DNA of 64,000 nt from Octopus vulgaris (lineage: Eukaryota), in contig OX597814.1 in NCBI GenBank assembly GCA_951406725.2, positions 207,886,001 through 207,950,000 on the forward strand, in the 5' to 3' direction. Below, piece after piece: positions 49,667-63,020 of the stretch (positions are counted from its first letter, which is position 1; every line of letters starts with the position of its first letter). Under the pieces are notes generated by a model. That model ran no database searches and was not told where the DNA came from. It saw only the letters and a list, made by a program, of their open reading frames with translations. The translations under genes and the position numbers were made by a program.

Positions 49667-50685
49667 TTGTGGTGTATACGGGAGATTTGAAATAAGGACA
49701 CCTACCATCTCTTCGTCGACGAAGACCTCTCCAGCGGTAATGCACCCTTCCATGTGGCCCGACCCGAACGCTAGAAATAGCAGCTGCTTTTCTCCTACCT
49801 TCACAAAGCGCTCACACGTCCAGCTCTGTCGGCTACCCCGATCGAAAAGGCCCAATGCTCCCCGGCCTGTGCGCGTCATTCCTGCTCCTTCCTCTTCTGG
49901 TCAGTCCCAAGTTCCGGTCAGCTCCCCAGCTGCTGACATCATCCCACAGAAGTATCGTATCATTCAAGAGACAGTCAGAGCAGATGTAGAGCGGAGTGAG
50001 TGATCAGAGTTGTGAAAGGTAGGCACCCTTGACAAGAGAATGTGCACCAATGCAGGATTTCTTAAGGGAGGTGATGAAAATTATAATAGTGTGCTATGGC
50101 AATGTTTTTACTCTAAACGGGTGACAACAGAGAAACACCTAAGTATACATAATGCAGAAGTGTACCAGTCTTTCCCCAAATCTGCCAAACATGCCACATA
50201 ATTGATTTATTTAAGTCCAAGGGAAGAATCTACCAACCATAAATACGATGTTCCAATTCATAGAGGTTACAAGAAGATTTAATAACAGAAACATTTAGCT
50301 GTTCTTTGTCTTTTCACTTTTTCCTTTTCTTCCTTCCTTTTTATATATTAAAGGTAGTAGATATTTTTTTCAGCTTGTCACGGCTTTCTGGCTTCACACA
50401 CTGTGGGATGACGTCAGAGGCTGGGGAGCTGACCGGAACTTGGGGCTGACCAAAAGAGGAAGGGGAGGAGTGACGCACGCACAGGCAGGGGAGCATTGGG
50501 CCTTTTTCGATTGGGGTAGCCGACAGAGCTGGATGTGTGAGCACTTTGTCAAGGTAGGGAAAAAGCAGCTGCTATTTTTTAGCATTCGGGTCGGGCCATG
50601 TGGAAGGGTGCATTACCGCTGGAGAGGTCTGCATCGACGAAGAGAAGGTAGGTGTCCTTATTTCAAATCTCCTGCATATACCACA
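49667..50685. repeat. Inverted pair of a ~285-bp GC-rich sequence (49667-49950 and 50399-50685)
   Basis: e.g. gagatttgaaataaggacacctacc vs ggtaggtgtccttatttcaaatctc. Confidence 0.85.
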
Positions 50686-51277
50686 CAGACAAGCTTAAAT
50701 TTATCGAAAGAATAAATAGTCAACATCTCTTATTTATGAAGGAGGGTTCGTGACCATTGCCAGCGCCGCCCCGACTGGCCTCGTGCCGGTGGCACGTAAA
50801 AAGCACCATCCGTCCGTAGCCGTTTGCCAGCTCCGTCTGGCACCTGTGCGGGTGGCACGTAAAAAGCACCCACTACACTCACGGAGTGGTTGGCGTTAGG
50901 AAGGGCATCCAGCTGTAGAAACACTGCCAGATCAGACTGGGCCTGATGCAGCCTTCTGTCTTCACAGACCCCAGTTGAACCGTCCAACCCATGCTAGCAT
51001 GGAAAGCGGACGCTAAATGATGATGATGATGTGAGCTGGCAGAATTTTTAGCATGTAGGATAAAATGCTTAGCAGCATTTCTTCCAGCTCCTTCTGTTCA
51101 GATTTCAAATACTGCCAAGATCAACTTTGCCCTGTGTCCCTTTAGGGTTCATAAAATAAAGTGCCATTCAAGTACTGGGATTGATGTAACTGACTTGTCT
51201 CCTCCCTTCAAAATTGCTAGCCTTGAACCCAGTATTGGATCAGTATCTCATTTAGGGGGAACGCTGTTATCTCAGTG

Positions 51278-51612
51278 AAGGCACATAACTCAGTGGTTAG
51301 AATGTCAGGCTCGCAATCACGAGGTAGTGAGTTCAATTCTCAGACCAGGTAGTGTGTTGTGTTCTTGAGCAAGACACTTTATTTCACGTTGCTCCTGTTC
51401 ACTCAGCTGTAGAAATGAGTTGCAACATCACTGGTGCTAAACTGTATTGGTCTTTGATTTTCCTTTGGGTAACAACAGTGGTGCAAAGAGAGTAGGCTGG
51501 TATGCATGGGTGACTGCTGGTCTTCCATAAACAACCTTGCCTCAATTTGTACCTTTGAGGAGAACTTTCCAGGTGCAATCCCATGGTCATTCATGACCAA
51601 AGGGGATTTTTA
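51278..51612 (+). mobile_element. tRNA-headed SINE with a CORE-like body (S4)
   Basis: tRNA-like head then TTGAGCAAGACACTT...CTCAGCTGTAGAAATGAG; related degenerate copy near 43910-44110. Confidence 0.65.
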
Positions 51613-51661
51613 CCCTCTTACTTTTTAACCTGTGATCTCACTGAGTAACTGGTCTTATTTA

Positions 51662-51896
51662 GGCAGCGAGCTGGCAGAATCGTTAGCACGCCGGGCGAAA
51701 TGCTTAGCAGTATTTTGTCTGCCGCTACGTTCTGAGTTCAAATTCTGCCAAGGTCGACTTTGCCTTTCATCCTTTTGGGGTTGATTAAATAAATAAGTAC
51801 CAGTTACGCACTGGGGTCGATATAATCGACTTAATCCGTTTGTCTGTCCTTGTTTGTCCTCTCTGTGCTTAGCCCCTTGTGGGTAGTAAAGAAATA
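51662..51896 (+). mobile_element. SINE S2
   Basis: 10-bp TSD GGTCTTATTT. Confidence 0.85.
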
Positions 51897-52017
51897 GGTC
51901 TTATTTGTCCAAGAGCTCAAGAGATAAGAAAAATCTCTTACTTAATACTAGTAATTACTTTCAAATCACTGAAAACAATAATTCATTTCAAAATCTCATT
52001 TCAAAATAATATTTTAC

Positions 52018-52245
52018 CTGATCAAAATTGTCTAATGCTTTATGCAAATTAGCTTGCATACCAGTAGGAGGTTCGTTCGTAATTTTGATGGCTGACTCAA
52101 GAATACCTTGAGGTATGATGTGGGAAGAAGCAGAAGCAGCTGGTTCGGCACTGACGAAAACTCTGTAAGATTCATGGCTTTCTACACTATATTCTTCTAA
52201 CTTCTTCTCTAAGTTGGCCAGCCATTTTGCAACAAGATGCACATT
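52018..52245 (-). CDS. Dynein heavy chain exon (NVHLVAKWL...[22 protein letters not shown])
   Basis: cttag| acceptor, CAG|GTAAAA donor. Confidence 0.94.
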
Positions 52246-52512
52246 CTAAGAAAAATATATTCATGAAGACAAAATTATTGTACTAAAATATGTTGACATA
52301 TAATGGAGACATGCTTAGGTCTGTGGTTAAAAACTTCACATTGCGACCACATGGTTCTGTATTTAATTCCAATGTGCAATGAAAAAAAGTGTCTTCTATC
52401 TCAGCCTTGAGTAAACTAATGCTTTATTGAGTGGAAATAAATTGGTAGGAATTGAGTAGAAGTCATTCAAGTGTGTGTGTGTGTATGAGTGTAGATTGAC
52501 AGACAGAGAGAC

Positions 52513-52941
<429 letters not shown>

Positions 52942-53651
52942 CTGTGAAACAGATGTGTGTACTGGTGGAAATTGACATAAACACCTTATAGTATTTAAGT
53001 CTGAAAAAGAGAGACAACTCTCTAAAAGTTTGAAACTCAGGTAAACAGAACCATTTGATAAATAGTGATCAATAAAATGTAAACCAAATTTACATATTGT
53101 GCCTGAAAAGAGTACAAAAATGAGAAACCACTGGATGGCAGAATCAGACAAAATATCTTGCAGTAATTGGGTTTATCCCTTTATATTCTGAGTTCAAATT
53201 CTGCTAGATGCTCTTTTGTCTTTCATAATTCTGAAATATGAAACTGATAATCTAAGTACTTGGGTCAATGTAATCAACTATACTTTGGAAGGCATTGTCT
53301 CAGCACAGTAAAAGCCAAATGATAGAAACCAATAAACCATAAAAGAATGAAAGACTGTATTGTTTGTCTTTTTCTCACTGGGTACAAAGTAGAAAATTAT
53401 AGGGACAGGTTGTGTGCGATGTTAGAGCATTTCCAAATTGCACGAATGACATATTCATCATTATGGTTTATTGCTTTAGCATCCCCTTTTCTATGCTTGC
53501 ATGGGTCAGATGGAATTTGTTGAATCATATTTTCAATAGCTGGATGCCCATCCTGTCACCAACATTGACTTCATTCTAAACGAAGTTATATTTCCCTGTG
53601 AACAGACAGGATTTCATGAAAGACTGAAAAAGAATGACATTGCTTATATAT

Positions 53652-53884
53652 ATATTTCTTAATTGCTCACAAGAGGCTAAACATAGAGGGGACAAACAAG
53701 GACAGACATAGGTATTAAGTCGATTACATCGACCCCAGTGCGAAACTGGTACTTTATTTATTGACTCCGAAAGGATGAAAGGCAAAGTCGACCTCGGCAG
53801 AATTTGAACTCAGAACATAACAACAGATGAAATACCGCTAAGCATTTCACCCGGTGTGCTAACATGTCTGCCAGCTCCCCGCCT
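53652..53884 (-). mobile_element. SINE S2
   Basis: Full reverse copy flanked by TGACATTGCTTATATA repeats. Confidence 0.8.
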
Positions 53885-54383
53885 TTGACATTGCTTATAT
53901 AGCAATAACACTCATTTACAATTAACATGTGATGTCAAGATAGGACCACCACATATATACACAATGGGATTCTCTTAGTTTCCCTACAGTGAATCCACTT
54001 GCAAGGCTTTTGCTTGTTTCAGGACTATGGAAGATACTTGCCCTAGGTCCCTCTTAATATGACCGAATCCAAAAACCAATTGGTTAGGAAGCAAACCTTT
54101 TAACCACACAGCTATACTTGTGCCTTGCAGTTATTTGTGCCCTATTCCTGGCAGAAACATTTACATCGTTATTGTGAGTCCTGCCTACATTAAAAACATA
54201 ATAACAAAAGCTACTAAAATCCTTCCATTCAAAATATAAAACCAGAGCGGTGTTAAAATATGCAATGATCAAAAAAAATTTATAGTTCGATACCAAATTA
54301 AGATAGTAGTAAAGAAATATTTTTCAAAAATCCATAATAAAAAATGCTGAAGCTGGGGCATAGTGAAATTTTCAACAAATGAA

Positions 54384-54386
54384 TGT

Positions 54387-54431
<45 letters not shown>

Positions 54432-54748
54432 TGGTGTGTGTTTGTAGTGTGTGCATGTGTGTCTGTGTTTGTGGAGTGTGTTGTGTGTGTGTGCATGTGT
54501 GTGTGGTGTTGTGTTGTGTGTGTGTGTACAAAGATGGTGAATCACTTTGGTTTCTTCTCAGGTTTACAATGTTCTCAGGTAATAATAACTGACATGAGTA
54601 AACTAAGCAGAGAACTCTAAGTAGTAACTGAATGAACCGCATAATTCGTACAGATAAACATCTTTTATATATAAATTGAGAACTCTTTCTCTTGTTTGTG
54701 AAAAAAAGAGGGTATACAGATGCACAAGTGTAGTGTTTGTATGTACTT

Positions 54749-54829
<81 letters not shown>
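54384..54829. repeat. Separate (TG)n (about 54384-54528) and (CATA)n(TA)n (about 54748-54829) microsatellites
   Basis: Seen directly. Confidence 0.9.
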
Positions 54830-55035
54830 CAGTAATCCAGTTGACTATCGTAGGTGTTATGTTCTAAAACCTCCCACAGAAATAATTAAAATCTAAAAAA
54901 TTATAAATACCTATCGGCCGCAGAAACCTGCGATATACTGAGGAGTCCCGATATAAATTTATATATATTAGCCAGAAAAATCTATAATGTACTGAGTGTG
55001 TGATCGGTGAAATATGATATAGTGAGGGATTACTG
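54830..55035. mobile_element. Tc1/pogo-type MITE
   Basis: TA|CAGTAATCC ... GGATTACTG|TA inside a (TA)n tract. Confidence 0.7.
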
Positions 55036-55037
55036 TA

Positions 55038-55080
<43 letters not shown>

Positions 55081-55201
55081 AATAATAATAATAATAATAA
55101 TGATAATAATATGAGGGAATATCATTCCAAACTTACAGGGAAAAATTCAATATAGAAATACTAAATCAAATTTCACAAAATATAATATATATATATATAT
55201 T

Positions 55202-55483
55202 AATTAGAAAAAAAACCACCTTTTATCAATTCAATAGTGAAAAATTAAATTATACCATTTAGAAAAATTACATATCATAGAATGATTAAATATAAGATAA
55301 AACATATAACAATGATTAAGTAATGTGCAAAATAATGAATAAAACGTATATATTTATTTTGCACATTACTTAATCATTGTTATATGTTTTATCTTCTATT
55401 TAATCTTTCTATAATATATAATTTTTCTAAATGGTATAATTTAATTTTTCATTATTGAATTGATAAAAGGTGGTGTTTTTCTA

Positions 55484-55486
<3 letters not shown>
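55202..55486. repeat. About 285-bp AT-rich near-perfect palindrome
   Basis: Arms of about 135 bp (aattagaaaa...gtgcaaaataa / ttattttgcac...ttctaatt) around a short loop. Confidence 0.9.
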
Positions 55487-55524
<38 letters not shown>

Positions 55525-55605
55525 CACACACACAAACATACACATATCTATATTCATATTGTGTGGGTTTGCTAACTGACGAGGCTGTAAGACACCATAA
55601 CTTAC

Positions 55606-55882
55606 TTGTAGAATTACCCAGTGTCCTTCTTGAGCCGATATATCCATAGCTTCTTCAGCTATGATTTCTTGTCCTTGACCCAGAGATATATTGTGGAAGT
55701 TCTTGTTGTCATTTGAGAAACCTAATTTTTTGCCCAGTGCCTCTACATCTTTGAGGGGATCCACTCCAGGAGACAAGATAAAAAATACTGGAGTACCAGG
55801 ACCAGATTCTTCATAAGATTTGGCAAAGTCCACTTGGCGTCCTTCAACATACTGCGTGCCCATCTTCTCTTCAATGAAATTC
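55606..55882 (-). CDS. Dynein heavy chain exon (NFIEEKMG...[10 protein letters not shown]...GHWVILQ)
   Basis: ttacag| acceptor, CAA|GTAAGT donor; AAA6 motifs. Confidence 0.94.
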
Positions 55883-57317
55883 CTGTAATAGCAGATAAAA
55901 AAACCGGTGAAATATGGGGTTAATTAGCAAACCAGATGAATTATTACAACTGTTATTTTTAACACTAGTCAAAAAATGGAATGGAACAATGCTTTAGAAA
56001 TCAAGAAATAAATATTAATCGAAGGAAAGAGTCAAGACTTCTGATTAACATCAACAGTATAAATATGTATTTCTTGATTCGCGATGCATACATTTCTTCC
56101 TCTGGGTGAATCGGCAGCATGGGAGCTTATCGCAGTAGTCAAGTGGAGTGAGCCAATCCTGTCTGTTCAAGCATAGCGGAGATACGCCATGAGTTAGCAG
56201 CTTGAGAGAGATGATAAAACACGACTGTCCTGTTCAACTGTTGGTATTCGAGAGAACGATATGATGGAATTTTGCTGCTGCTAGTTTTCTGCGCATGCGC
56301 ACGAGGGAACTTCCGGCAGGCCTCGTGGAAGAATCCAACCCTGCGCATGCATGCTGGAGATTTCCAAGATGACGTCACCACAAAAGTTTTGGATTATCAA
56401 TTCAAAGATTATGGGTTCATCTTTTCAGCAAGAAATACCCTAAACTCTTGTATCAGATAGACAAGGAATACTTACCTCACTAAGCCTATAAAGGTCATAC
56501 GTTCATCAACTTTTCAAAATGGTGGATAATGTTAATATGTACATTCAACAGTAAAATAAAATACTTGCCCCAAAAGTTCTCTGCAAATATACAAGTGTTT
56601 TGTTATAATAATTTTTGTTTTTTAAAAGAGAAAATATTGAATTGAAAAACTACAAATACATAAGTTTATAGAACCATTCAATGAAGAGGAGGAATGCCAA
56701 AACATTTGCAGACCATCTCAGTTTGGTGAAGCTGATGTAGACTGTTTTTCATCTTGAACTTTTGTAAGTTGTTTCTGAATTCCAGAGACAAAGTTCTGGA
56801 GAAGGATGACAGGATACATTTGCAGAATATGAAGTGGAGTAACATACAATAAAGATGGTGAGAGGAAGAGGAGAATAAGTTGGATTTTGGTAGATTTGAT
56901 TCATAGTTTCTTAGTTCAGAGGAGTATAAGCCATTGTAATAAGAGTAAAAAGAATACCTGTGGGTTAAGGTATGCTAAATAGAGAGGCTTTGGAAATCAG
57001 TGAATGCGTCTTTAGCAATCAGTCATTATAGACAGTTTACTTCCCAAACACATGGTTTGGGGTTCCGTCTCATTTTGGTGACACTTTGAAAAACAGATAA
57101 TGATTAGCAATAGGAAAATTGTGTCACTGTAAAACAATGCTTCTACTACAGCAGCAATGGTGGCAGCATCATCATCGTCACCACTGCTGCCACCATTGTC
57201 ATCATCACCATCATCTGTCTATCTTCTGTGTTGTCATGAGTTAGGATGATTTGACATGATCCAATGAGCTGGAGAGTTGTGCTGAGCTCCATTGTATACT
57301 TTGGTATGATTTCTATA

Positions 57318-57548
57318 GGCGGAGAGCTGGCAGAAACGTTAGCACGCCGGGCGAAATGCTTAACGGTATTTCGCTTGTCGTTACATTGTGAGTTCAAATT
57401 CCGCCGAGGTTGACTTTGCCTTTCATCCTTTCGGGGTCAATAAATTAAGTACCAGTTATGCACTGGGGTCGATGTAATCGACTTAATACCTATGTCTGTC
57501 CTTGTTTGTCCTCTCTATGTTTAGCTCCTTGTGGGTAATAAAGAAATA
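57318..57548 (+). mobile_element. SINE S2
   Basis: 14-bp TSD GGTATGATTTCTAT. Confidence 0.85.
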
Positions 57549-57861
57549 GGTATGATTTCTATGTTCTTCCTAATGTCAGCCACTTTACAGAATGTATTGG
57601 ATGCTTCTTTCATGACACCGGCACTAATGATGTCACCAAGTAAATTGCAAGACAAAGAAAAGGAATAAGGAACAAAAAGCCCTTGACTGAATGAGTTGTA
57701 GTAGAAAAGGAAGAGGTTTTATGTGAGGAGTTGAGAGGTACAGGTACAGGTATCTCGCTTTAGAGGAGATGCATGGCTACCCTGTATTGTGTAAAGATGG
57801 GTGGGAGTATCTGGAAAGGAGAGAAAAATGGTGTTTATCAAGGAGTTAAAGAAACAACAAG

Positions 57862-58168
57862 TGCATGGTTAGGGTAACCGGCTCATGATCACAAAGTTGT
57901 GAGTTCAATTCCTGGTGACACATTGTGTCCATGAGCACTTTATTTCATGTTCCTCCTGTCCACTCAGCTGACAAAAATGAGATGGGCCTGTAATTCATAG
58001 GGCCAGCCTTGTCATATACTGTGTCACACTGAATCTTTCTGAGAACTACATTAATGGGTATGCGTGTCTGTGGAGTGCTCAGCCACTTTTCACATTAATT
58101 TCACGAGCAGGCTGTTCCATTGACTGGATCAACTTGAACTCTTGTCATCATAACTGACAGAGTGTCAG
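57862..58168 (+). mobile_element. Chimeric SINE: S4-like head/core with S3-like tail
   Basis: 5' part resembles 51278-51430; 3' part resembles 37880-38055. Confidence 0.6.
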
Positions 58169-58218
58169 TTAAAGAAACAAGAAATGTCACAAGAATTAAG
58201 CTACCTGTTGAAACTCAC

Positions 58219-58412
58219 CTGATTGCATATGTCATTCTGTCTGGTCGGAGAGCCCTCATCATGCAAAGTTTCTGAAGAGATGTTTTATTCTTCCATTCCT
58301 GAGGAAACTTCTCCTTTTCTGGACATTCACACTCAACGAATTTCTTCCATCTTTTAGCAGAGCCTTCTATGTCCCTATCCAAGTTGCGAAAATCTTCAAG
58401 ACTGGCCAATGC
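58219..58412 (-). CDS. Dynein heavy chain exon ([25 protein letters not shown]...[11 protein letters not shown])
   Basis: ctctag| acceptor, AG|GTGAGT donor; LRPDR motif. Confidence 0.93.
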
Positions 58413-59320
58413 CTAGAGGAATATAATATTGATTTCATTTGACTAGGAACAACAAAATCAGTTTTTTTCTTCTTTATTTTTAGGAGATAAGTTTAGTTCA
58501 ACCAGATTGACTACCAGCATTGTCATCACTGATACTTACTGCATTCCTACATCAGATGCAATGTGATGTCAATAGTTGCAGGATTTGCACTCAATACAAT
58601 AAACTACTAAACCAGATGTAGTAAAAGATTTTATTTGATAATTTAAGGTACTTGGCCCTGTTTCTCTTCTTAAATGTCTCTCCCACCACTAAACAAAGAT
58701 TAACAGATCTTGAAGTAGATAATGTGTAATAATAGCATGAAAATATTAGGTTAAGAAAACTCTTTGATAACTTGGATATAAAATGTCAAAGGCTACCCAG
58801 GGGACATGAATCTACATACCCTACAAGTTGTCTTCTACTTTTTCTATCAAAGGAGTTTTAAACCCAATATTTGCATGCTATTATCTATAGCTTTATCTGC
58901 TTTGAGATCCACTGCTCCAAAAAAGAATTGCATGTATGTATGTATATGTATGTAGGCATGTATACATACATACATACATACATAAAGTTAATCCAAACAT
59001 GAAAACACAACAACGCGAGGATGTGGAACAAGTATAGTGTTATTGGACACTCAGGAAAGGAAAGAAAGAAGGAGGATTTAACGTTTCGAGCGGAGCTCTT
59101 TGTCAGAAACATAGGAAAAGGAAAGATCCAAGGAAGGGAAGACAGACGGAGGAAAAAAAATCGCCAACGATACACATGCAGTCACATTGAATTTAAATAC
59201 ATACATATACATGCATACATACAGATAGACAGACAGACACAGAGATTGAGAGAAAGAAATATTTTATTTTTCCATATATAGTTAAATTTTATAGCAAAAG
59301 TGTTGCAAGTGTTTACATAC

Positions 59321-59443
59321 CTTGATTCCGCCCCATCCTAAATTGTTGATGAAGTCAACAGGACTAGTAAGGTTGGGAATAGAAGGAAAGCGTAATAAGA
59401 AATCCAATTCAGTTGCATTTATTTCTTTCTTCAAAAGAAGAAT
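59321..59443 (-). CDS. Dynein heavy chain exon (ILLLKKEINATELDFLLRFP...GWGGIK)
   Basis: Translated by hand; ttaacag| acceptor, AAG|GTATGT donor. Confidence 0.9.
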
Positions 59444-59634
59444 CTGTTAAATTGAAAAATATCTGTGTTATTAAATTCCTAGAGATTTCATTATAAATTC
59501 AAAAAGAAAATATAATTGTTTGTAAAGTATTAAACTCTCTTTGCAATAAATAACACTTTAATTGGTTATTTAGATTGGAATTAAATTAATTACATAAATA
59601 AATCATTATTAATTAGTTAGCAGAGTTGTTAGCA

Positions 59635-59931
59635 TAATAATAATAATAATAATAATAATAATTGTGTACAGTGCTCAGGTGCACTACAACTCATATAAAG
59701 TGTATATATAATCAGGTGTAGTTTCGGTGGATTTCGGAAAGCATGAGGGCCTTAAAGGATGCAGTGTCATGGCAGTCAACAACTGATGCAGGCAGTTTAT
59801 TCCATGCTTCAGCAACTCTGAGCGTGAAAAAATGTTTCCGAAAGTCATGGGAGCTGTGTTGTTTTCTGACTTTGTAGGCATGTCCACGTGTGTTAGACAC
59901 ATGGAGATCAAAAAGGTGTTCAGTGTTGTTG
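59635..59931 (-). mobile_element. CR1-type LINE 3' fragment
   Basis: SNTRGHAYKVRKQ...FFTLRVAEAWNKLP plus the same tail. Confidence 0.8.
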
Positions 59932-60922
59932 TCAGGCTTAGTGACATTTCTTCTAGCTCTTTACATTATGAGTTTAAATTCCACTGAAGATGACTTTGCC
60001 TTTCATCCTTTTGGGGTTGATAAAATAAGTACTAATCAAACACTTGGATCAATATAATTGACTGAGCCCCTCTCACTAAAATCACTGGCCATGTAACAAA
60101 ATTTGAGACCATTATTATTTAGCTGTTGTTATTTAATCCCTAAATCATCCCTGATCGAGCTGATACATAATCAAAGACATTCCAGCCATGATCATCTCAT
60201 CTTATAAATAGGAGTACAATATCTACTTCACCCACACTGCAGTTTCTAGTCCACAAAGATGCTGTTCCTCTTTCTGCCTTGTCTACCACAACTATAATGG
60301 CCCCTTCTTCTTAGAGCTGGCTGGCCTTGTGCTAACTCCAATCAGACAGCCCTGACTCACTTGTCTCTCCTTCCCTACATCATCTATGCTAGGTCCAATA
60401 CACCGGCCCCATATTAACCATACACTCAGCCCTTCCTCTCAAGAAGGTCGTCTTTTTGGAATGTTCTCCCAACTCTTGTTTCCTGCAGGTGTATGCTTGT
60501 AACCGTTTAAGTGAAACATTGAGGGCATAAATTTCAGAGGTTTCAGAGCGGCTGTGAAGACCACGGGCACTGCCCCTTCCTCCAAACCTAACCAGTAGAA
60601 TAAACAAAATATATTGTATGTTGTGTCCTTTCTGTAAGATGTAATTTGAGGAAGAGTTGGCTGCTATTCCTTACCAGTCAAGTGACCTGATTTCTACGTC
60701 TTTGTTGTTAGTTCTTTTTTTGTCTGTTGTATTAGTAAATCACATAAAATCAAAATCTCTCTTTCATTTTTTGTTAATCATTCATTCTCATTTAATTGTA
60801 TATATTTTAATTGTTTGTTTATTCATACGTTTCGTCTCATTCGATACCCTGACCCCAACGTTTGTTTTGTCCCCTCTTTTTCTCAACCTTATGGTGAATA
60901 AAGAAATACTCTCTCTTTTGAA

Positions 60923-60955
<33 letters not shown>

Positions 60956-62714
60956 AGAGAGAAAGAAAGAAAAACAAATAGACAGATTGATATTGATATA
61001 TTAGTAGCTTCTGTTATCTTTATATTTTCAATGTAAAAGCCATGTCAAGTTTTTGTTGACTGAGCAGGCTTACTTAAGGCCAGATGTCTCCACAGTTGTA
61101 CAACAAGTTACTCAAAGTACATACATGCTTACTTCAACTTGACTGCATCATGGAATCAATTTTAATCTAAAATTCATTAACCTTTAACATTGCCTTTGTT
61201 TCACTTAATCTTTAAAGTAATGAAGAATTTAGTAAAATAACAATTGAAGCATTTTAGCTCTTATTTCTAGCAATGTAGGTGTTCTGATACCCTTAGTCAC
61301 ATCTAGTGACAATACTATATTTCCTTTATGGTAACAACATTGTGCATAGATGTTTATATTAATTTATATATATATATATATATATATAATAAAACCACTC
61401 TCTCCCTCTCTCCCTGACTGGATAACAATGTATCTCTACAGAAGGAAACCTGTTTCTGTCTCTCTGTCACACTCTATCCTTTCATCATCTGACACAAAAT
61501 CACCTCTTCCTATACCCCCTCCCCTCTCAAAGGTGTTTAGAACATAAATTTACACAATATTTTGATGGGCGGCTTATTATTTAATTTAGACTTTTTTAAA
61601 ATGGAAAGTTTGTATCATAGGACTAGGAGTAGTTTCAGGGTGGTTGGTATTAAAAAAAAAGTTTAAAGGAACAATTTATCACTGTGGAGCGAGGTCATTA
61701 CCAGTGCCCTTGGACTGGCTCCTGTGCAGGTGGCACGTAAAAAACACCATTTGAGTGTGGCTGTTGCCAGTACCACCTGACTGGCCCACGTGCCGGTGGC
61801 ATATAAAAACACCCACTACACTCTCGGAGTGGTTGGTGTTAGGAAGGGCATCTAGCTGTAGAAACTCTGCCAGATGAGATTGGAGCCTGGTGCAGCCATC
61901 CAGTTCACCAGTCCTCAGTGAAATCGTCCAACCCATGTCAGCATGGAAAGCGGACGTTAAACGATGATGATGATTTTATTTTTATTTATTTTATTTTATC
62001 TAGTTTCAGCTCACGAGCTGTGGCCATGCTGGGGCACCGTCATTTGGTGTTGCTACATAATTTTACTTCACGATGACGATGATGATGATGTCAGACCAAA
62101 CAGCTCAATCCAAAAATACATTTACTTGATGTTATCTAATACTATTACAAATCTTAGAAGGCAGTGAGCTGGCAGAATCATTAGCATACCAGACAAAATG
62201 CTTAGCAGCATTTCATATATCTTTATGTTCTGGGTTTAAATTCTGCTGAAGTCAACTTTGCCTTTGATTCTTCCAGAGTTGATTACAGTAAGTACTAGTA
62301 AAACATTGCGGGGTCAATGTAATCAATTTACCCCCTCTCAATGAACATGCTGGTCTTGTAACAAAATTTGAGACCAATATTATTACAAACTTTTTTCTCA
62401 GTATGAGTAAATAAGAGATAGTATAGTGTTCCTAGAATCTTAGAAATGTTAAAACATACAAGGTTTGTTTTTATTTTTATGAATCAGTCAGAGAGTGACA
62501 GGCAGTGAGTGAAATGTTTGTATTTCTTTCCTTCTTACTCTCATCACGACAACAATGACAACGACGACGACGACCACCACCACCACCATCAACATCTACT
62601 TTTCCATGGTTGCATGGTCAGACTGAATTTGTTGAGGCAGATTTTCCTACAACCAGATGCCCTTCCTATCGACATGCTTTTCTCAGAAGACTGGAAATGA
62701 ACAATCTTGCTTGT

Positions 62715-62762
<48 letters not shown>

Positions 62763-63020
62763 CTTGTTTACAACTATCAAGTGATGTCAAGACAAGGATA
62801 CACACAAACACACACACACACAAACACACACAGTCATAAGACTGAGGTCATACTGAGGCACTGCCTTGAAGAATTTTCTCATTTTTTTTAAAGCCTTGTA
62901 CTTATTCTATTGGTCCCTTTTGTCAAACTGTTAAGTTATGGGGAAGTGAACACACCAACATCAGTTGTCAAGTGGTGGTGGGGAAACCCAGACACAAAGA
63001 CACATGTATTTATATATATA

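Noticed and set aside
49638-50003. 121-aa ORF as a nested gene
   Set aside because: No recognisable domain; the frame is not preserved in the inverted sister copy.
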